64,000 bases of DNA, taken from positions 62,001 to 126,000 of the forward strand of contig QPGO01000143.1 in assembly GCA_008632985.1 (NCBI GenBank), written 5' to 3'. The notes beneath the pieces were generated by a model. That model was not told the origin of the DNA and searched no databases. It saw only the letters and a program-made list of their open reading frames with translations. The DNA is from Psammoneis japonica (lineage: Eukaryota). The position numbers and the translations under genes were made by a program. Each line of letters opens with the position of its first letter. Positions within the stretch are counted from its first letter, which is position 1. Shown piece by piece: positions 1 to 12,384 of this stretch.

Positions 1-860
1 CTCATCAACAATCCTTGTGACAATGGGATAGGCAATCAAGATGGGTTGATCATACAGACTGTCTTCGGGATTGCAAAGGTGACAGAGAGACTCTACAATA
101 TGCTTGGTCCCAATAGGGATTCGACACAAGTCTTCACCATAGACGCAAGTTTCTGTTGGAGCATCCGGTTCTTGCAATTCTTTTTGATTTTTGATCCATT
201 TCAACAAGACACGAATTGGAACATAAGCATCATCATTGACAGCCTGACGTGTGAGACTGCCCGTGTGGGGATCCCAATACTTGTCAACTTTACGACTTGT
301 CTTTTTGGACCACGAGTCCATAATGGCCTGGGCTCGAATGTCAATCGTAGCTTGCGCAACAATCGTCGTCGACTGCGGACCCTTGCGTTCGAACTCTGCG
401 AGGGCTTCCTTTTTCGCAGCAGGACGAGAAATGTTTAAGATTTTGCGTTTCATTCTACTACTTGTACTACCACCTTTTCGGCCAAACTTTTTCTTTTGTT
501 TTGCAATTGGAGATAACAACGCAAACGGACCATTCGTTTGATCTTCTACAAGTAGTAGTGTTCGTGTAATTGTACCCAAACGTCGAAAAACATTCATGGG
601 AAAGTAGGACTGTGCCGCACTTTTGGCGGCGTACTTGTGAAACCACAATTCCGAGTCTTGCGGATCGAGTGTGGCAAGCTCATCATTCTTCTTGTTGGAT
701 GAATGCGGCGCAGCAACGTAGTAATCATGATGATTCTGGCTTGCTTGAACGAGGCCGCTTTCGTCGTCGTTGTTGCTGCTTGTGATGCCGACTCGTACTC
801 CACGATTATAAACAACGTCGCTATAAATTGTGGGAGGAAAACAAGTCCAGTGCTTGGTGA
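1..860 (-). CDS. Hypothetical protein, runs off the window start; 5' end unclear or frameshifted
   Basis: One minus-strand frame is open from about 860 to the window edge (…YNRGVRVGITSSNNDDESG…KYWDPHTGSLTRQ…PILIAYPIVTRIVDE). No recognisable domain; the ATG at 952 is in another frame. Confidence 0.35.
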
Positions 861-1794
861 TTCAGGAGCCGTAGGAAACGGAACTGCGTCTTGCGTTTCG
901 TTCTTGCGTTTTTGAGTCGTTCTAGTTTTCGTTTCGTACGTTTAGTCCTCATGATTTTGATTTACCAACAGAACGACTGATGCAAGAAGAAACAAGGTTC
1001 TAATAACCAACGAGCAATTGGTTTATCGGGCTCAGCTGCAATTCCTTACCGCTGCCCTTGGTTTGTCTCTCTGCCCAACGCCATTGGCAGCAGTGCTGGG
1101 CTGTGGTTTTCGCGCGTACTGTACTTACTAACGCGAAATTCCAAAATTTTTCGATGGACTTGCGAGTACCGGTATGGACATGCCTCCACATGCGTGACTG
1201 AAATCGAGTGAGTCACGATCACAACGCCTTCCTGCCGACGCCCGCGGCAGTGCCGGCAGTATAATTGGAAATAAGGCTACTGCCAATGTGAAATCCACCC
1301 ATCACATTAGCAGTAAAGTGTTGACTGCCAAATCCACCCATCAGTACGCAATGCATATTTATTTATTTCTGTTTGTGGAACCACCACATTGGTGCAAGAG
1401 TTCTTCGTGGCTCGCCATCACCACGGGTGCAAGTGCAAGGAGATGACAAACTCGCACATGTCTTGTGCAGAAGGGTTTAATTTGATTTCCGTGGGATTTG
1501 TAAAGTGTAGTTTGCTCCCTGTCGAATGAAATGGTGGCTCAATGGCACTGCTGTGTAATGAAGCAGTTGCGAATATAAACGCACACAATGCAAGCCTTCA
1601 AATGGCGCAAAAACAAAATGACACCGACACAGAGTGTTTTGACTATATGCAAAAACGAATCACTAAGTTATCGGTGTGGTGTGTGTGAGGGGGGTGTAAC
1701 AAAAGAGTGCAACGGTCTCAATACAACATTTCTCCTGTCGTTTCATCATTCTTCAGCAAGACTATCAAAGCACGTGGAATACTTGGCGCTTGGT

Positions 1795-2170
1795 TTATTT
1801 GAATTTGTGCTTGGATTCGCTCGGGTGAGAAGGCATCGGCATGCTAGGATGGACAGGGGCAGGGGGGGCTGGAGGAGCAGGAGGAGTAGGTTTCGAAGGC
1901 TCCGGCGCAGCGGGTGGCCCAGGAGGTCCAGGTTGACCCGGAGGTCCAGGAGGTCCAGGAGCGGCGGGAACCGCAGGGACGGCGGGAACGGCAGGGACGG
2001 CAGGCAGGGACGGCGGGAACTGCAGGAACGGGGTGAAAAATGTGATAACGAGCCTTGGTCTTGCCAAGACGCCTCTTGATTTTACCACTAGCCAAGGGTG
2101 CGTTCTTTGCAACGGCACTCCCAATAAAAGCGAGAACCAAGACACTCGCGGAGACAATTGAGAATTTCAT
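1795..2170 (-). CDS. Secreted Pro-rich small protein (PAV/GPP repeats), MKFS-RRL-FK family; one frameshift near 2005
   Basis: Signal peptide MKFSIVSASVLVLAFIGSAVA, KRRL motif, (PAV)n and GPPGPPGQPGPPG, C-terminus KHKFK*. The N- and C-halves lie in ORFs 1844..2281 and 1795..2157 and join inside the PAV repeat. Confidence 0.7.
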
Positions 2171-2689
2171 CTTTTCAACGAGAAGGGAGGAATCAAAAAC
2201 ACACGTAGAGTTAGAAACAATGTTGCTTGTTCGCAATCGTCCATTCATGCATGTGAGAACTGGCCGAGCGCAATCGTCCATTCATTCATGTGAGAACATA
2301 TCACCAGAGATCGTTATAGAACACATTACTGTACCTTCGGCCCTCTTCTGAAAAAAAATGAGAGTTCGAAACTTAAAAAAAGTAGAAAGAGATTTTGATG
2401 AGTGAAAGTTTTCAATAAAGCATACAATCTGAATAGTGGTTACTTTTTGATATGATTGAAAAGAATATTGCACCTCTTAAAAACTTAATATTAATAATTC
2501 AACTTGTTAACGGAATGTCTTCACATCGACGATACATAATATTTTTGCAGTGTTGAATTCGTTTTCATATATATTATAATTTACTTACATCGTAGATTCC
2601 CATAGAGATGTAAAGATTCAATTAAAACGTGAATCGCTTCATTCTGAACATTTTTCATTTTTTGAATTTGAATTGAGAGGGTCCTCGGT

Positions 2690-5600
2690 CTCATCCATCG
2701 CTGGCATTGTCTCACGAGGGAGACATTTGATCCCAACCCACTGACCAAAATGACACTCAAGTCTAGATGAGTGCATCCAAGCTGTTCACCACAATGCAGA
2801 TTTGTGATCTTGTGCCAAATGGTCTGTGCAGGACAATGGTGGGAGGAGAACTGGAACAGGAAAAATTGTCTCGCAAAGAATGGAGCTTCTGGCGTGGGGA
2901 GAGCTTCTGCCATGAAGGGTGTGTTCTGTGCAAGAGGCAGGACTTTTTTAGTTTCCAGGGAAACACTGCATGCACCTCACCAAGGTCCACAAAAAACAAA
3001 TGCTCGAGAGAGCACACACAATCTCTCACACCAAATCTGTGTGCAAAACGCAAGTGCAGCCAAGTGGCACCTCAAAACATTCCATTGAATGAGGAAAAGA
3101 ACCCAAAAGGGCTCACTGCACAAAAAGTGGGAGACTGCTGTCATCAATGCCAAGGCTTGCCCACCAATCTTCCAAAAACCTTGCAAGCCAGCACTCTGCC
3201 CAAAACTTCCAACTGGGGGCTCTTTGATTCGAGTGGGTTGGCAGTGCTTGTGATTTCCCATTTTTTAAATGTTGTGCACATTTTTTGGTGCTCTGGCACT
3301 GTCCTCCTGAACACTTGCAAGTGTGCCACATGTGCCTGCACAGCAAAAGTGCTGCACAAATGTGGCTGCTGTTGATGACCTTCAAACCCCAGTTGCTGCT
3401 TCAGCACAATTGCCAGAACAAAAGAACTGCCAATTGTGCCAAAAATGCCTTTTTTTGTGATGAGCATGCATGCTGCTGCAGCTTTGCAGGAAAAGTGGTG
3501 GTTGCACACTTGACAAGGTGTGCAAAGCCTGGGGCTGTCTCTCCACGTGCTGGCCACTGAGCTCACAAAGAGGGCCCCACATTGGCATGGTTGCTCAAAA
3601 TGCATTCTGTGTTGTCATGCAAAAGAACAGCCATGTGTTTGTCACTGGTGCTCATGTCAAGTGCTGCACACTGTCCTGGTTTCTTTGGCAGTGCAGTTGT
3701 CAGCTCTCCAGCAGCAACGGGAATCACTCGGGTCCTGAGAGTCATCACACAGAAATTGTGCAGGAGAGAACCAAAAATGACCATTGTCAGTGTCTGTCCA
3801 TCCATCATGTGTGAATGTCAACTTCTCGGAAATCAATTGAAATGCCATCTGATCGACGGCATTTTGATTCACACAGTGAAGGCCAATGCGGTCCATCAGA
3901 TGGCATTTCAACTCAGTTCCCAAAAAGTCGCCAGCTCCAATCACCCTCTCGCATGAACATTGTGTGCATTTCCACATGATTTTGTGTTTTTCCTTGTGCA
4001 AAATGTAGTTGTGACTCATGCAACATTTTCAAATGATTCCCATTGAAAGCAAGCCTGACAAAGTGACCACCACCTTCAAAGGACTGGCTTGTGCACAAAC
4101 AGGTTGCTTGAAAACTCCACACAAGCCACACACCTGCCAACTCTCACTGGCTTCTGACAGCTCTTTTTTTTTCAGCCACAAGGCATGAGGAGATTGTCAT
4201 GCTTGGGGGTTTGCAGCCTGATGCCTTCCAGCCCAAGGTGGGGTTTCACAGTGCTGATGTGTGACATGATTTTTTTAACCATGCATTGCCTGTTTTGCAC
4301 GTGCATTTCTGCATGTGATCTTCCACAGAATTGTTTCATGCTCCCAATTTTGCTGAGCCCAAGGGGCACACCACTTCTTGCTGAGAAAACTGGGGTTGGA
4401 AAAATGGCAAAACAAAGTCAAATCTTTTCCACAATGTGGAAAAAGAAAGGTGAAATGGTGCTGCATTTTGCATGGTGTGATCCCAGGAGTGAATGCTTGA
4501 CATTTTGCAATCGTTTTCAGTTTGGAGAAAAAAAACAGCCCCACCAAGGGATGACATGAATCAGATGCAGCAGAGTTCCCCTTTGACTCCACACTGTTTT
4601 TGATGTTTACAAAAGAAACTGCAGCCACGCATCCCAGTGTGATCATCTTTGAGTCCAAGCAGGTGGCTGTGCTCAAAGGAAAACTCGATGCCAACATGCC
4701 GTCCATGTGCCACCTGCGTGCAAAGATCCACATGGTTGGCATCTGAATGGCAGAGAATCATGCATTCAATGTAACTTTCGTCTGCATTGGCTCCAAACAA
4801 ATTGAGCACAAATGCCTTGAACAGGGCAATCTCCTCCCAAACTTGCTTGTTGAGCTCATTCCAACCATCGCAGCATGTGTTGCAGTGGCTGTTGTTGAGA
4901 AAAAATGTCCGTCTTGTCCACCTCTCCCAGGAATGTTTCCATCTCTGCACCATTGATGTAAAAGCACCCCCAGTTGTTGGGCATGTGCATGACCAAGGTC
5001 TTGCGCGGGTTGCTCACACGAGAGCATCTGCCACATTTTGACCAAGAATTTGCGTTCCCAGATGAGCCCATCCAGTTCATGCACAAATTTGAATAAATTT
5101 GAATGAGGACAAATTTGCCTGCACAGACATCATCATGTGTGCTGCATCACTGGAGCAAAAGTTCAAGACAGAGGAAAGTTTGGCACTCTGGGCCTTAAAA
5201 TTCTCGTTTTGAGAAATTTGGAAGTGGTTGCTTCAGTGGAATTTCCCCAGGAGGAGTGCATGTCTTCAGCAAATTGGCACCAATCAATTGAGGGCCATTG
5301 TTCTGTTTCTCATGTTCATCCTTGCTGATGATCTCAAGGCAAATGATTTTTGATTCGTTGCCGCTGCTCATGTTTGAAGATTTCTGGATGCATTGTGTGC
5401 CCCTTCAGTTGTTGTTGCATTCTTGTGCTGCTGCTGCTGTTCTCATTTTGCATCACAAGCTGCTGGCATGCTGCAGCCCTTTTTTTCAGCAAGCAGTGAG
5501 GGCCTGCAAATTCGTGGTGCAGCACAAGGGAGAGGTTGAGAAGGTTCTTGAGAGAATCTTTTGGCAAGCTTGTGTTTGCACAACTCTTGTTCTTGCTTTT

Positions 5601-5875
5601 TCCTTGGTCGTTGTGCCATTCCCACATTTCCTCACAGCTGTGCATGGCTGGCTTTGAATTTGATGCCCCACTGTTTTGTTGCTCAGTCAATTCCTTGTGG
5701 CTGCTTGAGGTTGACACTGGCTGCGGCGTCTCTCAGAGGAGGATGCAAGCAGCGCTGTGTGCCAGTGGTTGCTGGGGGGGGGGACAAGAGATGTGTGGGG
5801 GAACTTCATGTGAAACATTGTGTCAACCTGGGACACCTTTGCACTGCTGAACCATGGACAGATTTCAGTTGGTCA
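2690..5875. other. TpA- and CpG-depleted hypermutated repeat/pseudogene domain 1
   Basis: Only about 10 TA dinucleotides in about 3.2 kb, with a strong TG/CA excess. Six-frame ORFs are Cys/His/Gln-rich and almost Tyr-free. Normal composition returns abruptly at about 5878. Confidence 0.85.
3715..4045 (-). mobile_element. MITE-like element, hypermutated copy of the element at 61337..62172
   Basis: The reverse complement aligns with 61337-61465 plus 61974-62172. Degenerate TIRs caacgggaatcactcg / caaatgattcccattg; internal hairpin about 3836-3911. Confidence 0.8.
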
Positions 5876-6088
5876 TCATAGTTACATTGCGTGCCAAACC
5901 ACCACGAAGCTTGTCGTGACGTCATTGCAGTCCCGCACGAGTCGTCGACCAGCAGGCCGCGCACATCGCACAGACCGTCAGTGAAATCTCAAATCGCATC
6001 GAAATGCTTGCTCGTTTCCAGTTTGCTGTGTTGATTTTTGTTGTTGCAAGTCCGACACTTGGCTTTCCATGGGCCATAAGTCATTGCG

Positions 6089-7926
6089 ATGAGTAGTAGC
6101 AGTGACCTTGTATGTTCTGCATGCAGCAAAACCAATGTGGAATTCTCAAAGAGACAGAAAAAGCTAGGATACCAACGGAAACCGGCTCGATGTTGCGCTT
6201 GCATTCAATCCGATAAGCCAGTCGTCGTCAAGGACACAGCAGGAAAAGAAAACGGGAAATTGTCATCTGCAATCTCATCATCAACAACATCATCGGATTC
6301 TTCTTCTTCTTCCTCTTCTTCGAGTTCATCTTCTAGCTCTTCTTCGAGTTCCTCCGTTGAAACGAACAAGATCCAGACAATATCTGCAGCTATCGAGCAA
6401 GAATCGAAAACTAGTAGTAGCATCACTAATCAAGAGACTCCTTGCGACAATGACATTGTCCAGAAATCAGAAAAAGAAGAAGAGGAAGAACCCGGTACTA
6501 AGTTGTATTTTTCAGACGGAGAGTCCGTATCATGCCATGAAGAACAAGAAGACAATCCGTCTCTGAATGACATTAAAAAGCAAGTTTTGGGTCGCATGAT
6601 TCGAACGGCAAGCGACGACGAACAAGACGACGAGATGGTTGTTCAACAAAACGATCTCCGCAAGGAATTAACGTGTGCCATTTGTCATGAGATACTTTTT
6701 GAACCAATATCACTCTTGTGTGGTCATTCCTTTTGTGAGGACTGCTTTTCATGGTGGATGACGCATACACAACTCAAAGGCAATTGTCCCACGTGTCGTC
6801 ACATTATGATGATTCCACGCAAGCGTTGCGTGTCAATACGGCACTCCGAGCTTGTACTCGAGCCTTGTACAAGGATGAATTGGAGGAACGAATCAAACGA
6901 CGAAAACAACAACGACGGGGAGAACACGGTGGAGCACATGCGGGTGGATACAAACAAGTCAAACGCGAGTCACATATTGTAGCGGCAGACGGAACCGAAC
7001 TAACTCGTACCATTTGTCTTGATCAAAACGACCAACGGATGCAATTGGCGTTTGCACTGAGACAAATCAAGGTTGTGTCGGATGGTTTGAAAGTTGATTT
7101 ATGTATGTTGACGGCAGAAGAAGATGAAGTTTCCGATGGTGGTGGTTTCCCCTGGTTCGTCAAGGAGCATCACGACGATGAAGAGCTTTTAGCAAAAAAC
7201 CTCTTGACGAGTGTCGACGCAACAGCCAAAGTATCATTGGAAGGAACATCATCAAGACCGCTTGCTCGCCGGATGCTTGGCAGTGACGGTGAGGTATCCT
7301 TTTTGATTCCTACCGAGGACCTGGAGGACGTTTCGCTTGTACACTTTCGAGATGAGCTCACGCAACTCGAGATCGAAATAAAGAATCCTACAAAATGGTC
7401 GTCCTCTCCAATGAATAATGGACATTCAATGGCACACAAAGGTAATCGCTACGTCATGGGATCCCCTCAAAGTAGTGAGTGCATGGATGAATTTGAAGAC
7501 GATGGCTTTGTAGTTCAAGAAGAAGACGACGACGAGCACTACAACGAGGAAGACGTCTGTTGCCTGTGTAAAACCGAGGGTGACCTTCTTGTGTGTGATG
7601 GAGGGATAAACAATGCTATTGGAGGGTGTGGGAGAAACTTTCACCTTGTTTGCATTGAGCGTGAAGAGGTGCCTGAGGGGGACTGGGTTTGTCAAGACTG
7701 CGCGGCAGAGTTTGGCATTGGAGTTGGAATTCAAGGCCATGAGTTCCCTCCTCAACAAGTGGCCGAGAATGAAACAATGAAACGCAGAGGAACATTGGAG
7801 GATACAGACTCGGATGAAAGTGGTATTGATGATACTTTGCCTGACGATGGCCGTTCCGAACAGCAGCGAAAGAAACGAAAGATTATCGATGATGATACCA
7901 GTTCCGAAGAGGAAAATGAAATATGA
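6089..7926 (+). CDS. RING-finger plus PHD-finger protein (putative chromatin-associated E3 ubiquitin ligase); frameshift near 6805
   Basis: C3HC4 RING: CAICHEILFEPISLLCGHSFCEDC…CPTCR. PHD: CCLCKTEGDLLVCDG…CGRNFHLVC…VPEGDWVCQDC. The post-RING LRVNTALR segment is in the second frame. Confidence 0.85.
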
Positions 7927-8726
7927 ACGGCCTTATTACATGGCATAGCTACTTATCATGTGAGATAGGATAACGACACAAGAATGGGTGAATGACACGT
8001 TCGCACTTGTAAAAACCAATGCACCACAGCGTGATGACTAAGACGTGAGTCGAAACAGCAAAATTGCTTCCATGGTATTTTCCAACATCTCCATTCTATA
8101 GAGGCGGGAGGTGAATATTTCAGCAAACATAGAGAATAGCTCGATTATATAATGCAATTGCAATTAGGGCCGGTTTTGCTCTCCTGACACCTAAAACAGA
8201 TCTACCGGTACAAATCGAGAGGAAAGACCAGGGGAAGGGCCACTAAAGAAATGAAGCGGACAATAGTCTAATCTCCATAAATTGAAGATTTGTTTCCAAT
8301 CGTTGTCATTTCCGTAAGGATGCGCGGCATTTCGGTGAAAATGTGAGGGAGAACCCTCGACACCGCACCAATTTGAACTGATTTCAGATTGTCAACGGAA
8401 GGCCATCCGCTTAAAAGCGAAAATGCAAAGTTTTATAGATATTTGGACATTAATAATATTATAACAGTTCTCAACGGATTCTCCACAATTTGAATTCAAT
8501 AACTGTGAAATTCCAAACGTTCATCTTCATTATTTTCACACACTGCAAGTAACGAGTCCGAATAAGTAAGGTAATTTCGGTATTTCATGATCTTTGCCGG
8601 TGCTATGAGCTATGAACGAATGGACTGCCGGCTGCCGTTATTGTGAACAAGCACCATTGTTTCTGACTCTATGTCTGCTGTTGTTACCTCCCTTTGTCGT
8701 TCTTTGTCTAGCAAGATTCCGACAAA

Positions 8727-8924
8727 ATGAAGTTCTCGATCGTGTCCGTATGCATGTTGGTGCTTGCCTTTGTTGGAAGGACTGTTGCCCATAAAGCACC
8801 TGCAGCTGGTGGCGTTAGGGCCAAGAGGCGTCTCAGCAAGGGCAAGGGTGGCAAGAGCAAGAGCGTAGGAGCTCCCGATACGCCGTCACCACCCCCAGGG
8901 AAGACAAAGAAACAATTCAAGTAA
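8727..8924 (+). CDS. Secreted Lys-rich 65-aa peptide, MKFS-RRL-FK family
   Basis: MKFSIVSVCMLVLAFVGRTVA signal, KRRL, SKGKGGKSKS, ends KKQFK*. Clearly similar to the genes at 2170 and 11749. Confidence 0.7.
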   Translation: MKFSIVSVCMLVLAFVGRTVAHKAPAAGGVRAKRRLSKGKGGKSKSVGAPDTPSPPPGKTKKQFK

Positions 8925-9801
8925 TCCACGTTTCTTTTGCTGTTCATACTGAAGGACGTATGAATGACAGAGGGGGTTGTGGATTGCCCTTTTATTTTCC
9001 ACCAGTCGGCATCAATGAGATCCACTTTCCTACTTGTGTTAATCTAGTGATACCTGTTGACATTTTCTTTTCGAATGAATGAATGAATGTTCGTGTGTCT
9101 CTCACGTTGGACAGTTCAAAGTCAATGTCCAATCCATCGTCTCCGTCGGTCACTGTGTCGATCAAGGTCGTTGCGCTCACGCCATAATACAAGGTCGGAT
9201 CGGCGGGTGTGTGCGTTTCTGCCTTTGGGGACGTCCCAACTTGGGAGGATTGCGTGTCGACGATGCCACTCCTTGTGAATAGTTACCTACCGGTACGGTG
9301 AAAAGGCTGCTCATATCATACCGTAGAAGGAAAATCACGAAGTCACACAGTCGATCATGCATAATATTAGCCGCCACCAAAACGCGAATCGCCATTGAGA
9401 TGCCTGGGAAGGCAACAAAGGACCCTTGGCATTGGCCCACGCCTTATATGTTACAGAAGCTGCAAGTAGTACTGTTCATCCCATCTAGCATGATGAACAG
9501 AAAAAGTAGCATCATTGTTTCCGCGGTCTACAACATGTTATCCATTTTTTACCTCCTCCACTCTAGAGAGATCGTGGCTACTGCTGATGGAAGAGGTGGG
9601 CACTGTCTAATTTTGAAGGTCCACCGCTCTTTTGACAAGTAGGTCGTCGTCCCTCTGTGTTCGAACCAAGGCAGATTTGCTCTCGCATGTTCAAGCTTTC
9701 GTCAAAGAACATAAAAATCGTATCGACAGAGCAGTGTCGCAAATGTTGTTCCCTGTCGAAGCTCTCCGAACTGTATCGGTAAATGTTCCAAGGTCACCCC
9801 C

Positions 9802-10905
9802 TCACATCGTTTTCGACTTTGCTCCGTTCACATCATTGTTAAGACTTTTTCGAGCCTTGTGTTCGACCCACTTGATAACGAGCCGGTGGGTCACCATGAT
9901 AGCCGTTACTCCAATCACAATCAATGCCACGGGGGGAACCTTTTGAAAGCCTGCGACCCATACAATGTGGAAAATCACTCCAAGAACTAGCCAATGAATG
10001 ACGTAAAAGGCTGTAATGTTTTGCCCCCAAAATAGGAATCGCCGCGCGAAAAAATCGGGAATCCGAGCGGCCCAATAGTATTCCCAAGCCCACAACCAAC
10101 AAAGGATAAGTCCAGTGATCCAGAGCACGCCAATTGTGCCATTCCGATGATAGGCTTCCTCCTCCAACAGTATCTCGGGGCCAAACAGTCTTAGGAGTGT
10201 AGACGCAACAATCAATACAATACCGAATTTGGCGGCATCTTCAAATACTGTTCTTCTCTTTTCCTCGGATGCGGCAAGCTTCAAATTGGTTCCAAGGACC
10301 ATACCAAATACAGCATAGGATAAAAAGGGAAACACGGACAAGTCCGCATCCACACCGGACCAAAAGATTATAGACAAAATCCGGTCTCCAATAAAACTGT
10401 CCGTGGTAAAACCCCAAAGCCAATAGGTCGCCACGGCAACGGCAAGCCCAACCAATACGCGAAATTGTTGCGAGCATGGTTGCAGGAATCCCAAAATCAT
10501 GAATTCTACCGCCGCCACTTGAAGAGTGTCGGTAAAGAAAAGATGCTCGAGTGGGTCGAACGCCTCGTGCTGTTGCAGTCTTCCGGTTTTTAAAAGAATA
10601 TACGTCGGAAGCGATATTCTCAGGGCATTCAGGGCATATCCAAAACACAAGAGCTTGGTCCCCTGAAGCACCGCTTGAGAGGCGCTGATACGTTTCGAGG
10701 AAAGACCAAACGATGCTCCCATCAAGAAATGATATACCGGTGCCGTCAAGTAGCGCCAAACGTCAAAGATTTGATGCCAAATATCCAAATTGACGCCCAA
10801 GGTTCCGAATTCGGCATCGCCCAAATGAAAGACAACGTGCCCCGCGACCATAAACACAACGCCCGCACCTCGAGCCAAGTCAAACGATGCGATCCGTTTC
10901 TTCAT
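9802..10905 (-). CDS. DUF1624 / HGSNAT-catalytic-domain-like multi-pass membrane acyltransferase
   Basis: RIASFDLARGAGVVFMVAGH N-terminal motif, APVYHFLMG, DTLQ, FPFLSYAVFG, many hydrophobic helices. Intronless. Confidence 0.75.
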   Translation of the reverse strand: MKKRIASFDLARGAGVVFMVAGHVVFHLGDAEFGTLGVNLDIWHQIFDVWRYLTAPVYHFLMGASFGLSSKRISASQAVLQGTKLLCFGYALNALRISLPTYILLKTGRLQQHEAFDPLEHLFFTDTLQVAAVEFMILGFLQPCSQQFRVLVGLAVAVATYWLWGFTTDSFIGDRILSIIFWSGVDADLSVFPFLSYAVFGMVLGTNLKLAASEEKRRTVFEDAAKFGIVLIVASTLLRLFGPEILLEEEAYHRNGTIGVLWITGLILCWLWAWEYYWAARIPDFFARRFLFWGQNITAFYVIHWLVLGVIFHIVWVAGFQKVPPVALIVIGVTAIMVTHRLVIKWVEHKARKSLNNDVNGAKSKTM

Positions 10906-11748
10906 TTTTTTTAAAAAGATGACTGGTATTTCAGTTGAAAGGCGTTGAAGTCCGAGACAGGGGTAAGATATTCTTGCGTGGTATCGTGCAGGAGGACGGA
11001 TCATTGGTCCTCGACTTGATCGCATCACTGCTCAGTTGCCAGTTGCTGACTGTTTTCAGTTCCTCCCCAAGAATCGCAGAGAAAATTCTTTCAAGAGAGA
11101 GATCAGATGAATCGTTTTTGCGTGTATTTTTCAAAATTTGGGACATTCGAGCGAGGTTTAATCATCTTCAACTCTTAATATCTGTTATAATAAAAATACT
11201 CATCTTATAGACTGAATATATATTTCAACAGTTACATTACCGTACTATGGTACGAGTAACGGTAATAGTTATTGTCAAAGAGCAAAATTATAATTAGAGA
11301 ATGTATATGTTCTTAACGCTTTTCACGGGATTTCCCTATTTCGAAAAAATACCGCCAAATCTTTCAATCTTGTTCATAATCGCCATGTTATCAATTTCTG
11401 GATACTAACAATAAAAACCACAATGGGCAAAAATATAGATTACGGAACTGCGGAGATGAATAAAGAACATAGATACGTCAGTCCGTGCAAAAACTTCAAC
11501 TTGAGTCTGGCAAGAGTCCCAGTCTTGTGACGCATCGGCGGCATCGGGGGGAGTCTTTTGACAATCTCGATCTTGTTGCCACAATTCCCACTTTTGCTTC
11601 TCTTTCAACGCATCCGAGACAAGGTAAGTGGTTCCATGCTCTTGGCCGTTCTCTTGTTTTCGTGACTAATCGTTGGGTTCCTCATGATGTTTTTGCTTCT
11701 CTGTTTTCCTCTCCCTTTTGCCAGAATTCCCCTCTAACGTCGAAAAGA

Positions 11749-12186
11749 ATGAAGTTCTCTACTACGGTTCTCGTTTCAGTCATGTTGCTTCTTGCCTCCA
11801 ATGTTGGAAGCACTGTTGCAAAACCCGTGACGGCGTCGGATGGTGCAGTCAGAAGGCGTGCCTATGAAGATAGCAGCAGTTCCGATGTCGTTGAACACAG
11901 TGACAGCGGCAGCAGTGGCGGTTACATGGGCGACAGCAGCAGCAGTGGCGGTTACATGGGCGACAGCAGCAGTGAGGAGGAGTCAAAGTCATCACACAGT
12001 GGCTACTACTACAGCAGCAGCGGTAGCAAGGGCAAGGGCAAGGGTGGTAGCTCGAGCAAGAGTAAGGGCAAGGGCAGCAGTAAGAGCAAGAGCAAGGGTA
12101 AGGGTAGCTACTATGGAAGTGCCGATGGCTATGAGAAAGAAAGTAGAATGAAGGACGGCAGTGGCTCCAAGAAGAGCTTCAAATAA
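11749..12186 (+). CDS. Secreted Ser/Gly/Lys/Tyr-rich silaffin/cingulin-like protein, MKFS-RRR-FK family
   Basis: Signal peptide MKFSTTVLVSVMLLLASNVGSTVA, VRRRAY, acidic GDSSSSGGYM repeats, SKGKGKGGSSSKSKGKG, GYYY/GSYYG, ends KKSFK*. Probable 5'UTR intron 11624-11724 (GTAAGT…CCAG). Confidence 0.75.
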   Translation: MKFSTTVLVSVMLLLASNVGSTVAKPVTASDGAVRRRAYEDSSSSDVVEHSDSGSSGGYMGDSSSSGGYMGDSSSEEESKSSHSGYYYSSSGSKGKGKGGSSSKSKGKGSSKSKSKGKGSYYGSADGYEKESRMKDGSGSKKSFK

Positions 12187-12384
12187 TTTTCCCAAACACC
12201 TCATATTGCTGAAGGACGTTAAAAGCCGTCCTTCTTTTGGCAATCGAGATCCACTTTTCTTCATACCCTACCCAATAAACTTATCATGCCATTACATGTT
12301 TTTCATTTCGTTGCAAAAAGACTTGATTCTCGCGTCTCAGTGGGTGTAGCATTTGCGCACGTCAATGAACAGATAACTCTGACA

